NCBI RefSeq assembly: GCF_044324785.1
Contig: NZ_CP172128.1
DNA: 64,000 bases
Reading direction: 5' to 3' (one strand)
Origin: Escherichia coli
Lineage (GTDB): Bacteria > Pseudomonadota > Gammaproteobacteria > Enterobacterales > Enterobacteriaceae
Below, piece after piece: positions 52,286 to 62,289 of the stretch. The notes beneath the pieces were generated by a model. The model had not been told where the DNA came from. It ran no database searches and saw only the letters and a list, made by a program, of their open reading frames with translations. Every line of letters begins with the position of its first letter. Within the stretch, counting starts at the first letter, position 1. The position numbers were made by a program, and so were the translations under genes.

Positions 52286-54244
52286 ATGTCAGTTACAGAG
52301 TCTAAGACAAAAACGGAGCGTAAATCCAGCCGTAAACCTGCAAAAACGCAGGAAACTGCACTGTCTGCCCTGCTGGCGCAGACGGAGGAAGTGAGCGTGC
52401 CGCTGGATTCACTGATTAAATCACCGCTGAATGTGCGCACGGTGCCGTATTCTGCGGAGTCCGTCAGTGAACTGGCTGATTCCATTAAGGGAGTCGGCCT
52501 GCTGCAGAATCTGGTTGTTCATGCCCTGCCAGGTGACCGTTACGGTGTCGCCGCAGGTGGTCGCCGACTGGCAGCACTCAACATGCTGGCAGAGCGTGAC
52601 ATCATTCAGGCTGACTGGCCTGTCCGCGTGAAAATTATTCCGCAGGAGCTGGCGACGGCTGCATCGATGACCGAGAACGGTCATCGTCGGGATATGCACC
52701 CTGCCGAACAGATTGCCGGATTCCGCGCAATGGCGCAGGAAGGCAAAACACCTGCGCAAATCGGTGATTTGCTGGGCTATTCACCCCGCCATGTCCAGCG
52801 AATGCTGAAACTGGCTGACCTTGCGCCTGTCATCCTCGATGCGCTGGCAGAAGACCGCATCACCACCGAACACTGTCAGGCGCTGGCGCTGGAGAACGAC
52901 ACCGCGCGTCAGGTGCAGGTGTTTGAAGCCGCCTGCCAGTCAGGATGGGGTGGAAAACCGGATGTGCGGGTTATCCGCAACCTGATTACGGAAAGTGAAG
53001 TGGCGGTGAAGGACAACACTAAATTTCGCTTTGTGGGGGCTGATGCTTTCTCGCCTGACGAACTGCGCACCGATTTGTTCAGCGATGACGGGGACGGTTA
53101 TGTCGACCGCGTGGCGCTCGATGCCGCCCTGCTGGAAAAACTCCAGGTTGTTGCAGAGTCCCTTCGGGAAGCAGAAGGCTGGGAATGGTGCGCCGGGCGC
53201 ATGGAGCCAGTCGGTGAGTGCCGTGAGGATGCCGGAACATACCGCTGTCTGCCGGAGCCGGAAGCGGTGCTGACGGAGGCGGAAGAAGAACGCCTGAACG
53301 AACTGATGACGCGTTACGACGCGCTGGAAAACCAGTGTGAGGAATCCGACCTGCTGGAAGCAGAAATGAAGCTGATGCGCTGCATGGCGAAGGTCAGAGC
53401 GTGGACGCCGGAGATACGTGCCGGAAGCGGTGTGGTGGTGTCCTGGCGTTATGGCAACGTATGTGTCCAGCGTGGTGTGCAGTTGCGCAGTGAAGATGAC
53501 GCGACTGACGACGCTGACCGCACGGAACAGGTGCAGGAGAAAGCGTCAGTGGAGGAAATCAGTCTGCCACTGCTGACGAAAATGTCTTCCGAACGCACGC
53601 TGGCAGTCCAGGCGGCACTGATGCAGCAACCGGACAAATCCCTGACACTGCTGGCATGGACGCTCTGCCTGAATGTGTTTGGCAGCGGAGCGTACAGTAA
53701 ACCAGCACAAATCAGCCTGGAATGTAAACATTATTCGCTGACCAGCGATGCGCCGTCAGGGAAGGAAGGTGCCGCATTCATGGCGCTGATGGCAGAAAAA
53801 GCCCGTCTTGCGGCCCTGTTACCGGAGGGATGGTCACGGGACATGACGACATTCCTTTCACTCAGTCAGGAGGTGCTGTTATCCCTGCTCAGTTTCTGCA
53901 CCGCGTGCAGCATCCACGGCGTTCAGACCCGCGAGTGTGGTCACACGTCACGCAGCCCGCTGGACACGCTGGAGAGCGCCATCGGTTTTCACATGCGCGA
54001 CTGGTGGCAGCCGACAAAAGCAAACTTCTTCGGACACCTGAAAAAGCCGCAGATTATCGCAGCCCTGAATGAGGCAGGACTGTCCGGTGCCGCACGGGAC
54101 GCGGAGAAGATGAAGAAAGGCGATGCGGCTGAACATGCAGAGTTCCATATGAAAGACAACCGCTGGGTGCCTGGCTGGATGTGTGCACCACGTCCACAGA
54201 CGGATACCACTGAACGCACTGATAACCTGGCTGATGCCGCCTGA
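52286..54244 (+). CDS. ParB-like nuclease domain protein
   Basis: 652 aa; N-terminal ParB/Srx-like segment (..LLQNLVVHALPGDRYGVAAGGRRLAAL..). Confidence 0.7.
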   Translation: MSVTESKTKTERKSSRKPAKTQETALSALLAQTEEVSVPLDSLIKSPLNVRTVPYSAESVSELADSIKGVGLLQNLVVHALPGDRYGVAAGGRRLAALNMLAERDIIQADWPVRVKIIPQELATAASMTENGHRRDMHPAEQIAGFRAMAQEGKTPAQIGDLLGYSPRHVQRMLKLADLAPVILDALAEDRITTEHCQALALENDTARQVQVFEAACQSGWGGKPDVRVIRNLITESEVAVKDNTKFRFVGADAFSPDELRTDLFSDDGDGYVDRVALDAALLEKLQVVAESLREAEGWEWCAGRMEPVGECREDAGTYRCLPEPEAVLTEAEEERLNELMTRYDALENQCEESDLLEAEMKLMRCMAKVRAWTPEIRAGSGVVVSWRYGNVCVQRGVQLRSEDDATDDADRTEQVQEKASVEEISLPLLTKMSSERTLAVQAALMQQPDKSLTLLAWTLCLNVFGSGAYSKPAQISLECKHYSLTSDAPSGKEGAAFMALMAEKARLAALLPEGWSRDMTTFLSLSQEVLLSLLSFCTACSIHGVQTRECGHTSRSPLDTLESAIGFHMRDWWQPTKANFFGHLKKPQIIAALNEAGLSGAARDAEKMKKGDAAEHAEFHMKDNRWVPGWMCAPRPQTDTTERTDNLADAA

Positions 54245-54298
54245 TGAACAACCACACCGCCCCGCCGGAGACGGGGCGGCAGCAAGGGAGATACCGTG

Positions 54299-54733
54299 AT
54301 GAAAACTGAACTGACCCTGAATGTCCTGCAGACCATGAACGCACAGGAATATGAAGATATCCGTGCTGCGGGAAGCGATATGCGCCGTAATCTCACTCAC
54401 GAGGTGATGCGTAAAGTGGACGCACCGGCTAACTGGATGATGAATGGCGAGTATGGCAGTGAGTTCGGGGGCTTTTTCCCCGTCCAGGTTCGTTTCACGC
54501 CAGCCCACGAACGTTTCCACCTGGCATTATGTTCGCCGGGAGACGTCTCTCAACTCTGGATGCTGGTTCTGGTGAATGGTGGTGGACAGCCTTTCGCCGT
54601 CGTTCAGGTGCAACATATCTTCACGCCTGTCGCGATCAGTCACACGCTGGCGCTCGCCGCGACACTTGATGCGCAGGGATACAGTGTTAACGACATCATT
54701 CATATTTTGATGGCAGAAGGAGGTCAGGCATGA
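54299..54733 (+). CDS. psiB: PsiB, plasmid SOS-inhibition protein B
   Basis: [27 protein letters not shown].. matches PsiB. Confidence 0.85.
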   Translation: MKTELTLNVLQTMNAQEYEDIRAAGSDMRRNLTHEVMRKVDAPANWMMNGEYGSEFGGFFPVQVRFTPAHERFHLALCSPGDVSQLWMLVLVNGGGQPFAVVQVQHIFTPVAISHTLALAATLDAQGYSVNDIIHILMAEGGQA

Positions 54734-55449
54734 GCGCACGTTCACGGGCACTGATCCCCCTCAGCGCAGAACAACAGGCCGCCATGCAGGCTGTGGCTGT
54801 CACCGAACAACGTCGTCGTCAGGGACGCACACTTTCAGCATGGCCTTATGCCAGCGCTTTCTTTCGCTGCCTGAATGGCAGTCGCCGGATTTCGCTGACC
54901 GATCTCCGCTTTTTTGCCCCTGCGCTGACGAAGGAGGAATTTCATGGCAACCGTCTCCTGTGGCTGGCTGCCGTGGATAAACTGATTGAAAGTTTTGGTG
55001 AAGTCTGTGTTCTTCCCCTGCCATCCGATGCGGGGCATCGTCTGTTCCCGTCTGTTCCTTTTCGTGAAGGTGAGCGTCGTCGTCAGAAAACCACGCTGAC
55101 AGAGCAGAAATACAGCCGCCAGCGGGAACGTGAGGCAGAACGACGGGAACTGGAATACCAGACATGTTTTGCTCAGGCGCAGATTGACCTTGCGTTTCAT
55201 ACTCCCGCCACGGTCGGAAGCTGGTTGTCCCGCTGGTCTGGTGTTGTTGAGGAGCATGATCTGGAAACGATTTTCTGGGGGTGGTGCGGGCGTTTTCCGT
55301 CACTGTCATCATTTGACCGGTTTTTCTGGCAGGAGGGACCACTCTGGCGGCTGATTTTTGAAGCCGGTGAGGCCGGTCGTGGTGCACCGGTACAGGTACG
55401 TGCACTTGAGCAGTGGATGATCCCGAACAAGCTGGAGAACGTAATATGA
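54730..55449 (+). CDS. psiA: PsiA
   Basis: 239-aa ORF overlapping psiB stop, PsiA-like. Confidence 0.75.
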   Translation: MSARSRALIPLSAEQQAAMQAVAVTEQRRRQGRTLSAWPYASAFFRCLNGSRRISLTDLRFFAPALTKEEFHGNRLLWLAAVDKLIESFGEVCVLPLPSDAGHRLFPSVPFREGERRRQKTTLTEQKYSRQREREAERRELEYQTCFAQAQIDLAFHTPATVGSWLSRWSGVVEEHDLETIFWGWCGRFPSLSSFDRFFWQEGPLWRLIFEAGEAGRGAPVQVRALEQWMIPNKLENVI

Positions 55450-56042
55450 TGAAATCAGACGAAAAATATCAGGTTCCCGTGTGGATGCGACCTCTGTTGC
55501 CGTTGCTCTGCAACACCGGGGGGAACGATCCGGAAGAACTGCTGAATGATACAGCAACCACTGTCAGTGCGAATGTTGTCCGTTATGTACTGATAGTTGC
55601 TGTGCGGTCGCAGGTTGATCTGCTGCAGATTCTGTACAGGAAAGGGCTGTTGCGCACAGAGATACCAGGTGGCTTTTCACCGGAAGAAGCGCAGGCACTC
55701 CTGGATAATCTGGTGCGCAGCCATATCAGCAGGGCGCTGTCGGGTGAGCGAATGGCAGCCCGTGACAGAAATGCCGATCTGGCCTGGATTCGACAGCAAC
55801 TGGTCGATGCCGCCTGGTTTGTCCGTGCCACACTGGAGGCGCATGGGATGGGCGTCGGAAATGAGAGTCCCCCTGCTCAGCCGGAGACAATGCCGGACAT
55901 ACAGACACGGGAACTGGTGATGTTGATCAAGCGACTGGCATCATCGCTGAAAGCGGTGAAACCGGACAGTTGTGTGGTGCGTGAAGCGCAGGACTGGCTG
56001 CGCGACAGAAAACTTGTGAGCATCACGGATGTTCTTCGGTGA
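55446..56042 (+). CDS. hypothetical leading-region protein
   Basis: ~198-aa ORF overlapping psiA stop. Confidence 0.45.
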   Translation: MMKSDEKYQVPVWMRPLLPLLCNTGGNDPEELLNDTATTVSANVVRYVLIVAVRSQVDLLQILYRKGLLRTEIPGGFSPEEAQALLDNLVRSHISRALSGERMAARDRNADLAWIRQQLVDAAWFVRATLEAHGMGVGNESPPAQPETMPDIQTRELVMLIKRLASSLKAVKPDSCVVREAQDWLRDRKLVSITDVLR

Positions 56043-56147
56043 ACCAGTGGAGGTATGCTTGAGGGGCAGGGACATGCCGGTCATGATCGTTTCGTTCCAG
56101 GGGTGGTCTGGAGATCATGCGGTGTGCTCCCTGCTCTCGCCGGAATA

Positions 56148-56507
56148 AGGACGTCGCCGGCGGCTCCGCTTTTACCCGGCCATGCGGGGCATGGCCTTGT
56201 GGGTTTTCAGGTATGAAGCCATCGTGTCGTGTGCGGGCTGTGCCGTGCCTCCATCGTAGCCGGGCTTCTGCGGGCGGGATGCAAAGGTACGCTTCGCCGC
56301 TGCGGTCACCCGGTCCCTCCTTCCCGTCTGCCGTGATTTTCCGGTCGTTCACCCGCTCAGATTTCGCGGTCTCACCCTCCAACTCCCGTCAGCCGTGCGC
56401 GTCGGGCTGCGGCTTTCCTTGCGCCCTTGCATCCCTGCAGGCCCGGCAAGGATGGAGGCACGGCACCGCCCGGTGCCGCAGAACATGTGACTATGGAGGA
56501 TTCGGGA
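56148..56507 (+). repeat. GC-rich structured leading-region repeat, type B copy 2 (Frpo/ssi-like)
   Basis: nearly identical to 49195-49551; ends at ardA start. Confidence 0.6.
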
Positions 56508-57008
56508 ATGTCTGTTGTTGCACCTGCTGTATACGTTGGAACCTGGCACAAATACAACTGCGGAAGCATCGCCGGACGCTGGTTTGACCTGACCACGTTT
56601 GATGATGAACGCGATTTTTTCGCCGCCTGCCGTGCCCTTCACCAGGATGAAACCGATCCGGAACTGATGTTTCAGGATTATGAGGGATTCCCGGGGAATA
56701 TGGCCTCTGAATGTCATATCAACTGGGCCTGGGTTGAAGGCTTCCGCCGGGCGCGGGATGAAGGCTGCGAAGAGGCTTATCGTCTCTGGGTGGATGATAC
56801 CGGTGAGACGGATTTTGACACCTTCCGCGATGCCTGGTGGGGCGAGGCTGACAGTGAGGAGGCTTTTGCGGTTGAGTTCGCCAGTGATACCGGCCTGCTG
56901 GCTGGCGTGCCGGAGACGGTGGCGCTCTATTTTGACTATGAGGCGTATGCGCGGGATTTATTCCTGGACTCCTTCACCTTTATTGACGGTCATGTGTTCC
57001 GTCGGTGA
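56508..57008 (+). CDS. ardA: ArdA antirestriction protein (DNA mimic)
   Basis: 166 aa from MSVVAPAVYVGTWHKYNCGSIAGRWFDL.., highly acidic. Confidence 0.85.
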   Translation: MSVVAPAVYVGTWHKYNCGSIAGRWFDLTTFDDERDFFAACRALHQDETDPELMFQDYEGFPGNMASECHINWAWVEGFRRARDEGCEEAYRLWVDDTGETDFDTFRDAWWGEADSEEAFAVEFASDTGLLAGVPETVALYFDYEAYARDLFLDSFTFIDGHVFRR

Positions 57009-57191
57009 TTTACTCCCCCGCTCCGGCGGGGGTATGGCCTGCCGGGCCGCCGGAAAACCCTGGCAGGCTTACGCCTGCCTGAAATGCAGGAGGGCCGCGC
57101 CTGCGGCGCTGCCCTTCCTGCCCGTCATGGTGTGAGGCATTTTTCTGTTATGTCGTTTCTGTTGTTCTGATTTCCGGAGGCGGGGACACCC

Positions 57192-57739
57192 TTCGGCTCC
57201 CGGCTGCCTGGCGGCATCCGGTCGTCAGGCCCGACTCCGACAGGCAGCTGCTGGCGCACCCGCCAGTCTCCGCCGAACCCGCTGGCGCGGTTTCGGGCTG
57301 CCGCTACGGTCCGATGTCTGAAAAACCAGGCCTGCAGCGACCGTTCCGGTCGCGCCGCCCCTGTCGCGCCGGAAACGGCGCTCCCTGCACACCTGACGGT
57401 GTGTAAGGCCACTGCGCCTGATGGCGCAGTTGTCTGCCCTTCCGCCGCCACCCCTGCGGCCTGTTTCCCGCTGTGGACTTTCCGGGGGCTGAAGCGGCCA
57501 CAACACGTTTCAGCCGTCCAGGGGAGAGATGTACCAGCCACAAAACTTTTTGCCGCAGGCGTCAAAAACTTTTGCGTCTGCCCCCGGACAACTGCCCCGT
57601 GCCGTGGCAGTCGCTGCCCCATCGGAAAGGTCCACTGCGGGGAGAAACCCCGAAGAAGTGGACGGCAGAAGGGGCTTTCGCCCCTCCGGGGAATAACCGG
57701 TCGGCCCGGCGACCTGATTCAGCAGAAGGAGACTTTTTC
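57192..57739 (+). repeat. GC-rich structured leading-region repeat, type A copy 2 (Frpo/ssi-like)
   Basis: homologous to 50836-51403 and 60527-60897. Confidence 0.6.
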
Positions 57740-58174
57740 ATGACAGTCAGCAGCACGATTTCCGTTTTTTGCCGCGACGGGGTGTTCCGTACCGTTTACT
57801 GCCACCTGCACGGTGAGCCGGCCCGGAACGGTCGCATCCTGCATACCCACTATGCCACCGGTCAGCAGGCCGAAGCCCTAGTTGAACACGGTGATATCCG
57901 TTGCCTCGGTCCCCGTTGCGACAAACCCGCCGGGCATACGCTTCAGAACCCGGTGGACGGTGTGACGGCTTATTACGGACGTGACAGTGGTTTCCGGATG
58001 GACAGTGAAGCGCGTGAGTACCGCTCTTTCAGGGAGGCTATTGCCACTGAAAGCACAGAAGAGGTGCGCTTCCATTATGTGTTCATCGACGGCTACTGGA
58101 AGGTGATGTACCGCACGCCGGAAGGCTGGAAGATGAAAGCGCTCGCGCTGGCACTGCGTCGCTGTCCGGAATGA
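57740..58174 (+). CDS. hypothetical leading-region protein (144 aa)
   Basis: AAGGAG RBS 8 bp before ATG at 57740; Cys/His-containing; not recognised. Confidence 0.5.
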   Translation: MTVSSTISVFCRDGVFRTVYCHLHGEPARNGRILHTHYATGQQAEALVEHGDIRCLGPRCDKPAGHTLQNPVDGVTAYYGRDSGFRMDSEAREYRSFREAIATESTEEVRFHYVFIDGYWKVMYRTPEGWKMKALALALRRCPE

Positions 58175-58266
58175 AAAAAAGCAGGGCGATAACCCCTGCC
58201 TTTCTCCGCCGGCGCTTCCCCGTACGGAAGTCCGGCATCTCATTCACTAACTATGGAGATTATGCC

Positions 58267-58533
58267 ATGAGACCATCAATTATCTTCGCAACCGCCGAGT
58301 ATGTAAAGCGTCTGCGTGAAGAGTGCCGGCGGGAGAACAAACCCCTGCACCGCCATACCCGCTTCAGACGCCAGGAACTGGCACCGGATGAGATTAACCC
58401 GGACGTCCTGGCGATGGGCGGTCATATCGCCAGACGCTGCAGTGAGCGGAAGCGGGTGCGTATCCCCGCCATGAAAGTCAGCGAATGGGGCCACCTGCTC
58501 CGCGCGCTTGAAATTGAACGGGTCTGCCACTGA
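58267..58533 (+). CDS. hypothetical small basic protein
   Basis: 88-aa ORF; weak support. Confidence 0.3.
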   Translation: MRPSIIFATAEYVKRLREECRRENKPLHRHTRFRRQELAPDEINPDVLAMGGHIARRCSERKRVRIPAMKVSEWGHLLRALEIERVCH

Positions 58534-58597
58534 TTACCCCTTGCCGTCTGCCTGTGCAGGCGGCAGGATACGTTCAGACATCTCACCAGGAGGAACC

Positions 58598-59560
58598 GTG
58601 AGTAAGAAGAAAAACACCACAACGCCCACGCCGCATGATGCTGCGTTCCGGTCGTTCCTGGCGAATCCCGACGTCGCCAGAGATTTTCTGGAACTGCATC
58701 TTCCGGCGGAGTACCGGCAGTTGTGCGACCTGTCCACGCTGAAGCTGGAACCCGCCACCTTTGTTGAGCCGGACCTGCATCAGTACGCCAGCGATATCCT
58801 CTGGAGTGTGAAAACCACCGGGGGTGAAGACGGCTATGTTTATACGCTCATCGAGCACCAGAGCACCGAAAATCTGTACATGCCTTTCCGCATGATACGT
58901 TACAGTGTGGCGGCGATGCAGAGACATCTGGAGCAGCACAAAACATTGCCACTGGTGATTCCGGTGCTGTTCTATCATGGTGAGCGCAGCCCGTACCCGT
59001 ACAGCATGAACTGGCTGGACTGTTTTGAGGATCCGGCGCTTGCGGCTAAAATATACACAAAGCCGTTTCCGCTGGTTGATATCACTGTCGTTGATGACAA
59101 TGAAATCATGAACCATCGCCGGATGGCCGCACTGACGCTGCTGATGAAGCATATCCGCCATCGTGACATGATGGAGCTGCTGGACAAACTCCCGCAGGTC
59201 ATGGTGGAAATTTCAGACGAGCAGGTGCGTGTTCTGATTCATTACATCGTTAACGCAGGGGACTCTGTATCACCGGAATTTATGCGGGCGCTGGCTGAGC
59301 GTCTGCCGCAGCATGAGGATAAACTGATGACTATTGCCGAACGTCTTGAGCAGCAAGGAATACAGAAAGGAATACAGCAGGGAATACAGCAGGGAATACA
59401 GCAGGGAATACAGCAGGGAATACAGCAGGGAATACAGAAAGGCCGCATGGAGGAGAAGCAGGATATTGCGCGTCAGCTTCAGAAAACGGGAATGCCATCT
59501 GCACAAATCTGTCAGATCACCGGACTTTCCGAAGCTGAACTGAAGAACATCACTCACTGA
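58598..59560 (+). CDS. Rpn-family (YhgA-like) recombination-promoting nuclease / putative transposase
   Basis: GTG start after AGGAGG RBS; N-terminus ..TPHDAAFRSFLANPDVARDFLELHLP.. and ..YTLIEHQS.. typical of Rpn/YhgA PD-(D/E)XK proteins; C-terminal (GIQQ)x7 repeat. Confidence 0.7.
   Translation: MSKKKNTTTPTPHDAAFRSFLANPDVARDFLELHLPAEYRQLCDLSTLKLEPATFVEPDLHQYASDILWSVKTTGGEDGYVYTLIEHQSTENLYMPFRMIRYSVAAMQRHLEQHKTLPLVIPVLFYHGERSPYPYSMNWLDCFEDPALAAKIYTKPFPLVDITVVDDNEIMNHRRMAALTLLMKHIRHRDMMELLDKLPQVMVEISDEQVRVLIHYIVNAGDSVSPEFMRALAERLPQHEDKLMTIAERLEQQGIQKGIQQGIQQGIQQGIQQGIQQGIQKGRMEEKQDIARQLQKTGMPSAQICQITGLSEAELKNITH
59357..59440 (+). repeat. in-frame 12-bp tandem repeat x7 (GGAATACAGCAG) encoding (GIQQ)n inside rpn-like gene
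   Basis: perfect tandem copies visible directly. Confidence 0.85.
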
Positions 59561-59571
59561 TGAGAACCACA

Positions 59572-59598
59572 AAGCCCGGCAAAATGCCGGGTTTTTTT
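59572..59598 (+). terminator. rho-independent terminator-like hairpin
   Basis: AAAGCCCGGCAAAATGCCGGGTTTTTTTG. Confidence 0.6.
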
Positions 59599-59622
59599 GT
59601 CAGCAGGAGCAGAGCAAACAGC

Positions 59623-59784
59623 ATGACGATTGCAGAACGTCTTGAGCAAAAAGGTCGCCAGGAAGGAGCGCTTGAAAAAGCCCTGGCCATTGCGTGCCAG
59701 CTTCAGAAAATGGGGATGACGCCGGAGCAGATTAAGCAGGCTACCGGACTGTCCGAAGCTGAACTGAAAAAAATCATTCACTGA
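59623..59784 (+). CDS. stand-alone Rpn C-terminal-domain paralog (53 aa)
   Basis: MTIAERLEQKG..GLSEAELKKIIH parallels the C-terminus of the upstream Rpn-like protein. Confidence 0.45.
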   Translation: MTIAERLEQKGRQEGALEKALAIACQLQKMGMTPEQIKQATGLSEAELKKIIH

Positions 59785-59794
59785 TGAGAGCATC

Positions 59795-59822
59795 ACAGCC
59801 CGGCAGAATGCCGGGCTTTTTT
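59795..59822 (+). terminator. rho-independent terminator-like hairpin
   Basis: CAGCCCGGCAGAATGCCGGGCTTTTTTG. Confidence 0.6.
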
Positions 59823-59842
59823 GCCAGCAGGGGCAGAGCAGT

Positions 59843-60037
59843 ATGACTATTGCAGAACGTCTTATACAGAAAGGTTTCGACGAGGGTTTTAAACAAGGTT
59901 TTAAACAAGGGGCTCTTGAAGTGGCGCGGGAAATAGCCTGCCGGCTGCGGGATATAGGCTGGCCGCCGGAACGGATTCAGGAGGTCACGGGACTTTCCGG
60001 TGAAGAACTGAAAAAGCTGTTTCCTGATGAGCAGTAG
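59843..60037 (+). CDS. stand-alone Rpn C-terminal-domain paralog (64 aa)
   Basis: MTIAERLIQKG..GLSGEELKKLF parallels the same domain. Confidence 0.45.
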   Translation: MTIAERLIQKGFDEGFKQGFKQGALEVAREIACRLRDIGWPPERIQEVTGLSGEELKKLFPDEQ

Positions 60038-60068
60038 CCTGGCATTCAGCCAGGCTGTGAATCACCGC

Positions 60069-60320
60069 TCACACATCCTCTGCCGTTTCCCCCAGTTCAT
60101 TTTCCAGTCGCCTGATGATATCTGCCTTACGCATCCCCTGCATGTGAGGCAGCAGGTCACGGACTGAAAGAGCCTGGGTGGTCCTCCAGACGGTGACGTC
60201 CACCTGTTCCGCATTTTCCCAGGCGTGCCATGTTCTCTGCGTCACGCCAAATTCTCTGGCCGCTTTTTCGCGTGACCAGAGCATGCTTTTTCGCCAGATT
60301 CGCAGTTCCCAGCCGGTCAT
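60069..60320 (-). CDS. small HTH-type DNA-binding protein, putative
   Basis: 83-aa ORF; inverted repeat AAAGTGAAAAAACTTCACTTT just upstream of its start. Confidence 0.4.
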   Translation of the reverse strand: MTGWELRIWRKSMLWSREKAAREFGVTQRTWHAWENAEQVDVTVWRTTQALSVRDLLPHMQGMRKADIIRRLENELGETAEDV

Positions 60321-60526
60321 AAAACACCTTTGAAAAAGTGAAAAAACTTCACTTTATTTTATCATCATAATCATCAAATCAGCGCGATAAATAAGTGTAA
60401 AAAAATGAAGAAATTTCACTTTTTTTTGCTTGTAAATGTCGTGCGGTTTTCTCTGTTTTCACCTGTGCGGGAGTGGTGTGCCAGTGACCACCACATGCCA
60501 TTGTTGTGCCGTCGTTTTTCTTCAGT

Positions 60527-60897
60527 CGCGCCGTATGCGGCGCTCCCTGCACACCTTACGGTGTGTAAGGCCACTGCGCCTGATGGCGCAGCTGTCTCTG
60601 CCTGTCTGCCGCCGCACTGCGGCCTGTTCTCCGCAGACGGACTTTCCGGGGGTACATACATGACCACATCCCGTTTCAGTCGTCCAGGGGAGAGATGTAC
60701 CAGCCACAAAACTTTTTGCCGCAGGCGTCAAAAACTTTTGCGTCTGCCCCCGGACAACTGCCCCGTGACGTGGTGAGCGTCCCCCGTCGGAAAGGTCCAC
60801 TGCGGGGAAATCCCCGAAGACCCGGACGGCAGAAGGAGCTTCGCTCCTCCGGGAAATGACCTGGCTGACCCGGCAGTCGTGACGATGAGGAGACAAT
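60527..60897 (+). repeat. GC-rich structured leading-region repeat, type A copy 3 (Frpo/ssi-like)
   Basis: homologous to the 3' ~370 bp of the other type A copies. Confidence 0.6.
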
Positions 60898-60900
60898 GTG

Positions 60901-61749
60901 ATGAATCAGACTTTACCCACTGCTGACCTGAATACTGCCGGCACGACAGATGTTATTCCGTCTGTGGCTATCGACCGCATCATCGCGCAGCGTAACGAAG
61001 GTATTGCACTGTTCATGCAGGCGATGGAATGCCTGGCGACAGCGCGCAAGATTCTGCTCGATGCGTCAGGTGATATTTTTCTTTACGGGTTTGAAGACTG
61101 CGTGACTGATTCCGTTCGTCGCATAGATAAACCGGAAGAAGCGAAAAGGAATATCACCCGTCTTGCCGACCGGAAAATCTGGGAGCGCCTGATGACAGAT
61201 ACGGGCATGTACACCTTCATGAGTTCATGCCAGCGTGATGAGTGGAACAGCCAGCTGATGAGCGACACCTGTCCTGAAATCACCCTGGACAATGTACTGG
61301 CAACATTCCGCCATCTGAATGCCTGCAAGATGCAGACATTTGAACAGGGACTGATTGATGTCTACCGGAAATTGTCATGGGATTACAGAACCAATAATCC
61401 CTGCCGTCTGGGTAAGAAAATCATTATTGAAAACCTGCTGTACCGCTGGAGTAACGGGCGTGTGACGCTGGACTGCAGCGGACGGGAGGCACTGGATGAC
61501 CTGGTACGTCCGTTTTATCTGCTGGAGGGGCGCAACGTTCCTGACTTCAGGAACAGCATCGGGGCGCAGTATGGTGAATTTCTCGGGAACGGCGACAATG
61601 TCGGTAAGCTGTTAGAAGGGGAATATTTTACGGTGCGTGGCTACCAGAAAGGGACCGTACACATTGTCTTTAATCGTTCTGACCTTGTTGAAAAACTGAA
61701 TGATATTATTGCACGGCATTATCCAGGTGTATTGCCGCCACGAGTCTGA
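60901..61749 (+). CDS. hypothetical leading-region protein (282 aa)
   Basis: GAGGAG RBS; long ORF ending at a strong terminator; not recognised. Confidence 0.5.
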   Translation: MNQTLPTADLNTAGTTDVIPSVAIDRIIAQRNEGIALFMQAMECLATARKILLDASGDIFLYGFEDCVTDSVRRIDKPEEAKRNITRLADRKIWERLMTDTGMYTFMSSCQRDEWNSQLMSDTCPEITLDNVLATFRHLNACKMQTFEQGLIDVYRKLSWDYRTNNPCRLGKKIIIENLLYRWSNGRVTLDCSGREALDDLVRPFYLLEGRNVPDFRNSIGAQYGEFLGNGDNVGKLLEGEYFTVRGYQKGTVHIVFNRSDLVEKLNDIIARHYPGVLPPRV

Positions 61750-61758
61750 TTAAACAGA

Positions 61759-61790
61759 AAAGCCCTGGTATTTATGCCGGGGCTTTTTTT
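61759..61790 (+). terminator. rho-independent terminator
   Basis: AAAAGCCCTGGTATTTATGCCGGGGCTTTTTTTTC. Confidence 0.65.
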
Positions 61791-61834
61791 TCTGTAATCA
61801 TCATAATCTCAGAACACGATGTGACATTGTCACA

Positions 61835-62176
61835 TCAATTGTTGTTCATATCGATGCCATCTTTCCTGCCTGAATCTGTCTTTTTAGGTGCTGTTTTAGA
61901 GGAAGAACGGCGGGATGGTTTTTTCGATTCTGCTTCCCGAATAATGTCACGAAGTGCCTTCTCTCCTACTTCATACCCTGCATTTTTGAGCGTGTCACGA
62001 ACATCTGCCAGTGTATAACCCTTTGTCCTTATCAGGACAATAATGTCATCACGAATGGCATCAAGAAAATCACGCAATGTTTTCCGTTGAGCGGTGAGAT
62101 CTGGCAATTCCGATAAAGCAGCTTTTGCCAGCTGGATGTCATCATCTGAGTAAAATTTTTTAGAAGCCATTGGCAC
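61835..62176 (-). CDS. hypothetical protein, divergent from nikA
   Basis: 113-aa ORF with Lys/Ser-rich basic tail. Confidence 0.4.
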   Translation of the reverse strand: MPMASKKFYSDDDIQLAKAALSELPDLTAQRKTLRDFLDAIRDDIIVLIRTKGYTLADVRDTLKNAGYEVGEKALRDIIREAESKKPSRRSSSKTAPKKTDSGRKDGIDMNNN

Positions 62177-62289
62177 TTTCTCTCCGTTTCATGTTGAAGT
62201 CTGATTTTATCATCAAAAACTGACTCCTGGCAGGGCTGCGCCCTGCCTCTGCCGTCTGCATAAGACTATGATGCACAAAAATAACAGGC

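Noticed and set aside
59357-59440. Tandem 12-bp repeat considered as a possible CRISPR-like array or VNTR
   Set aside because: No spacers; the repeats are contiguous and in-frame inside a coding sequence.
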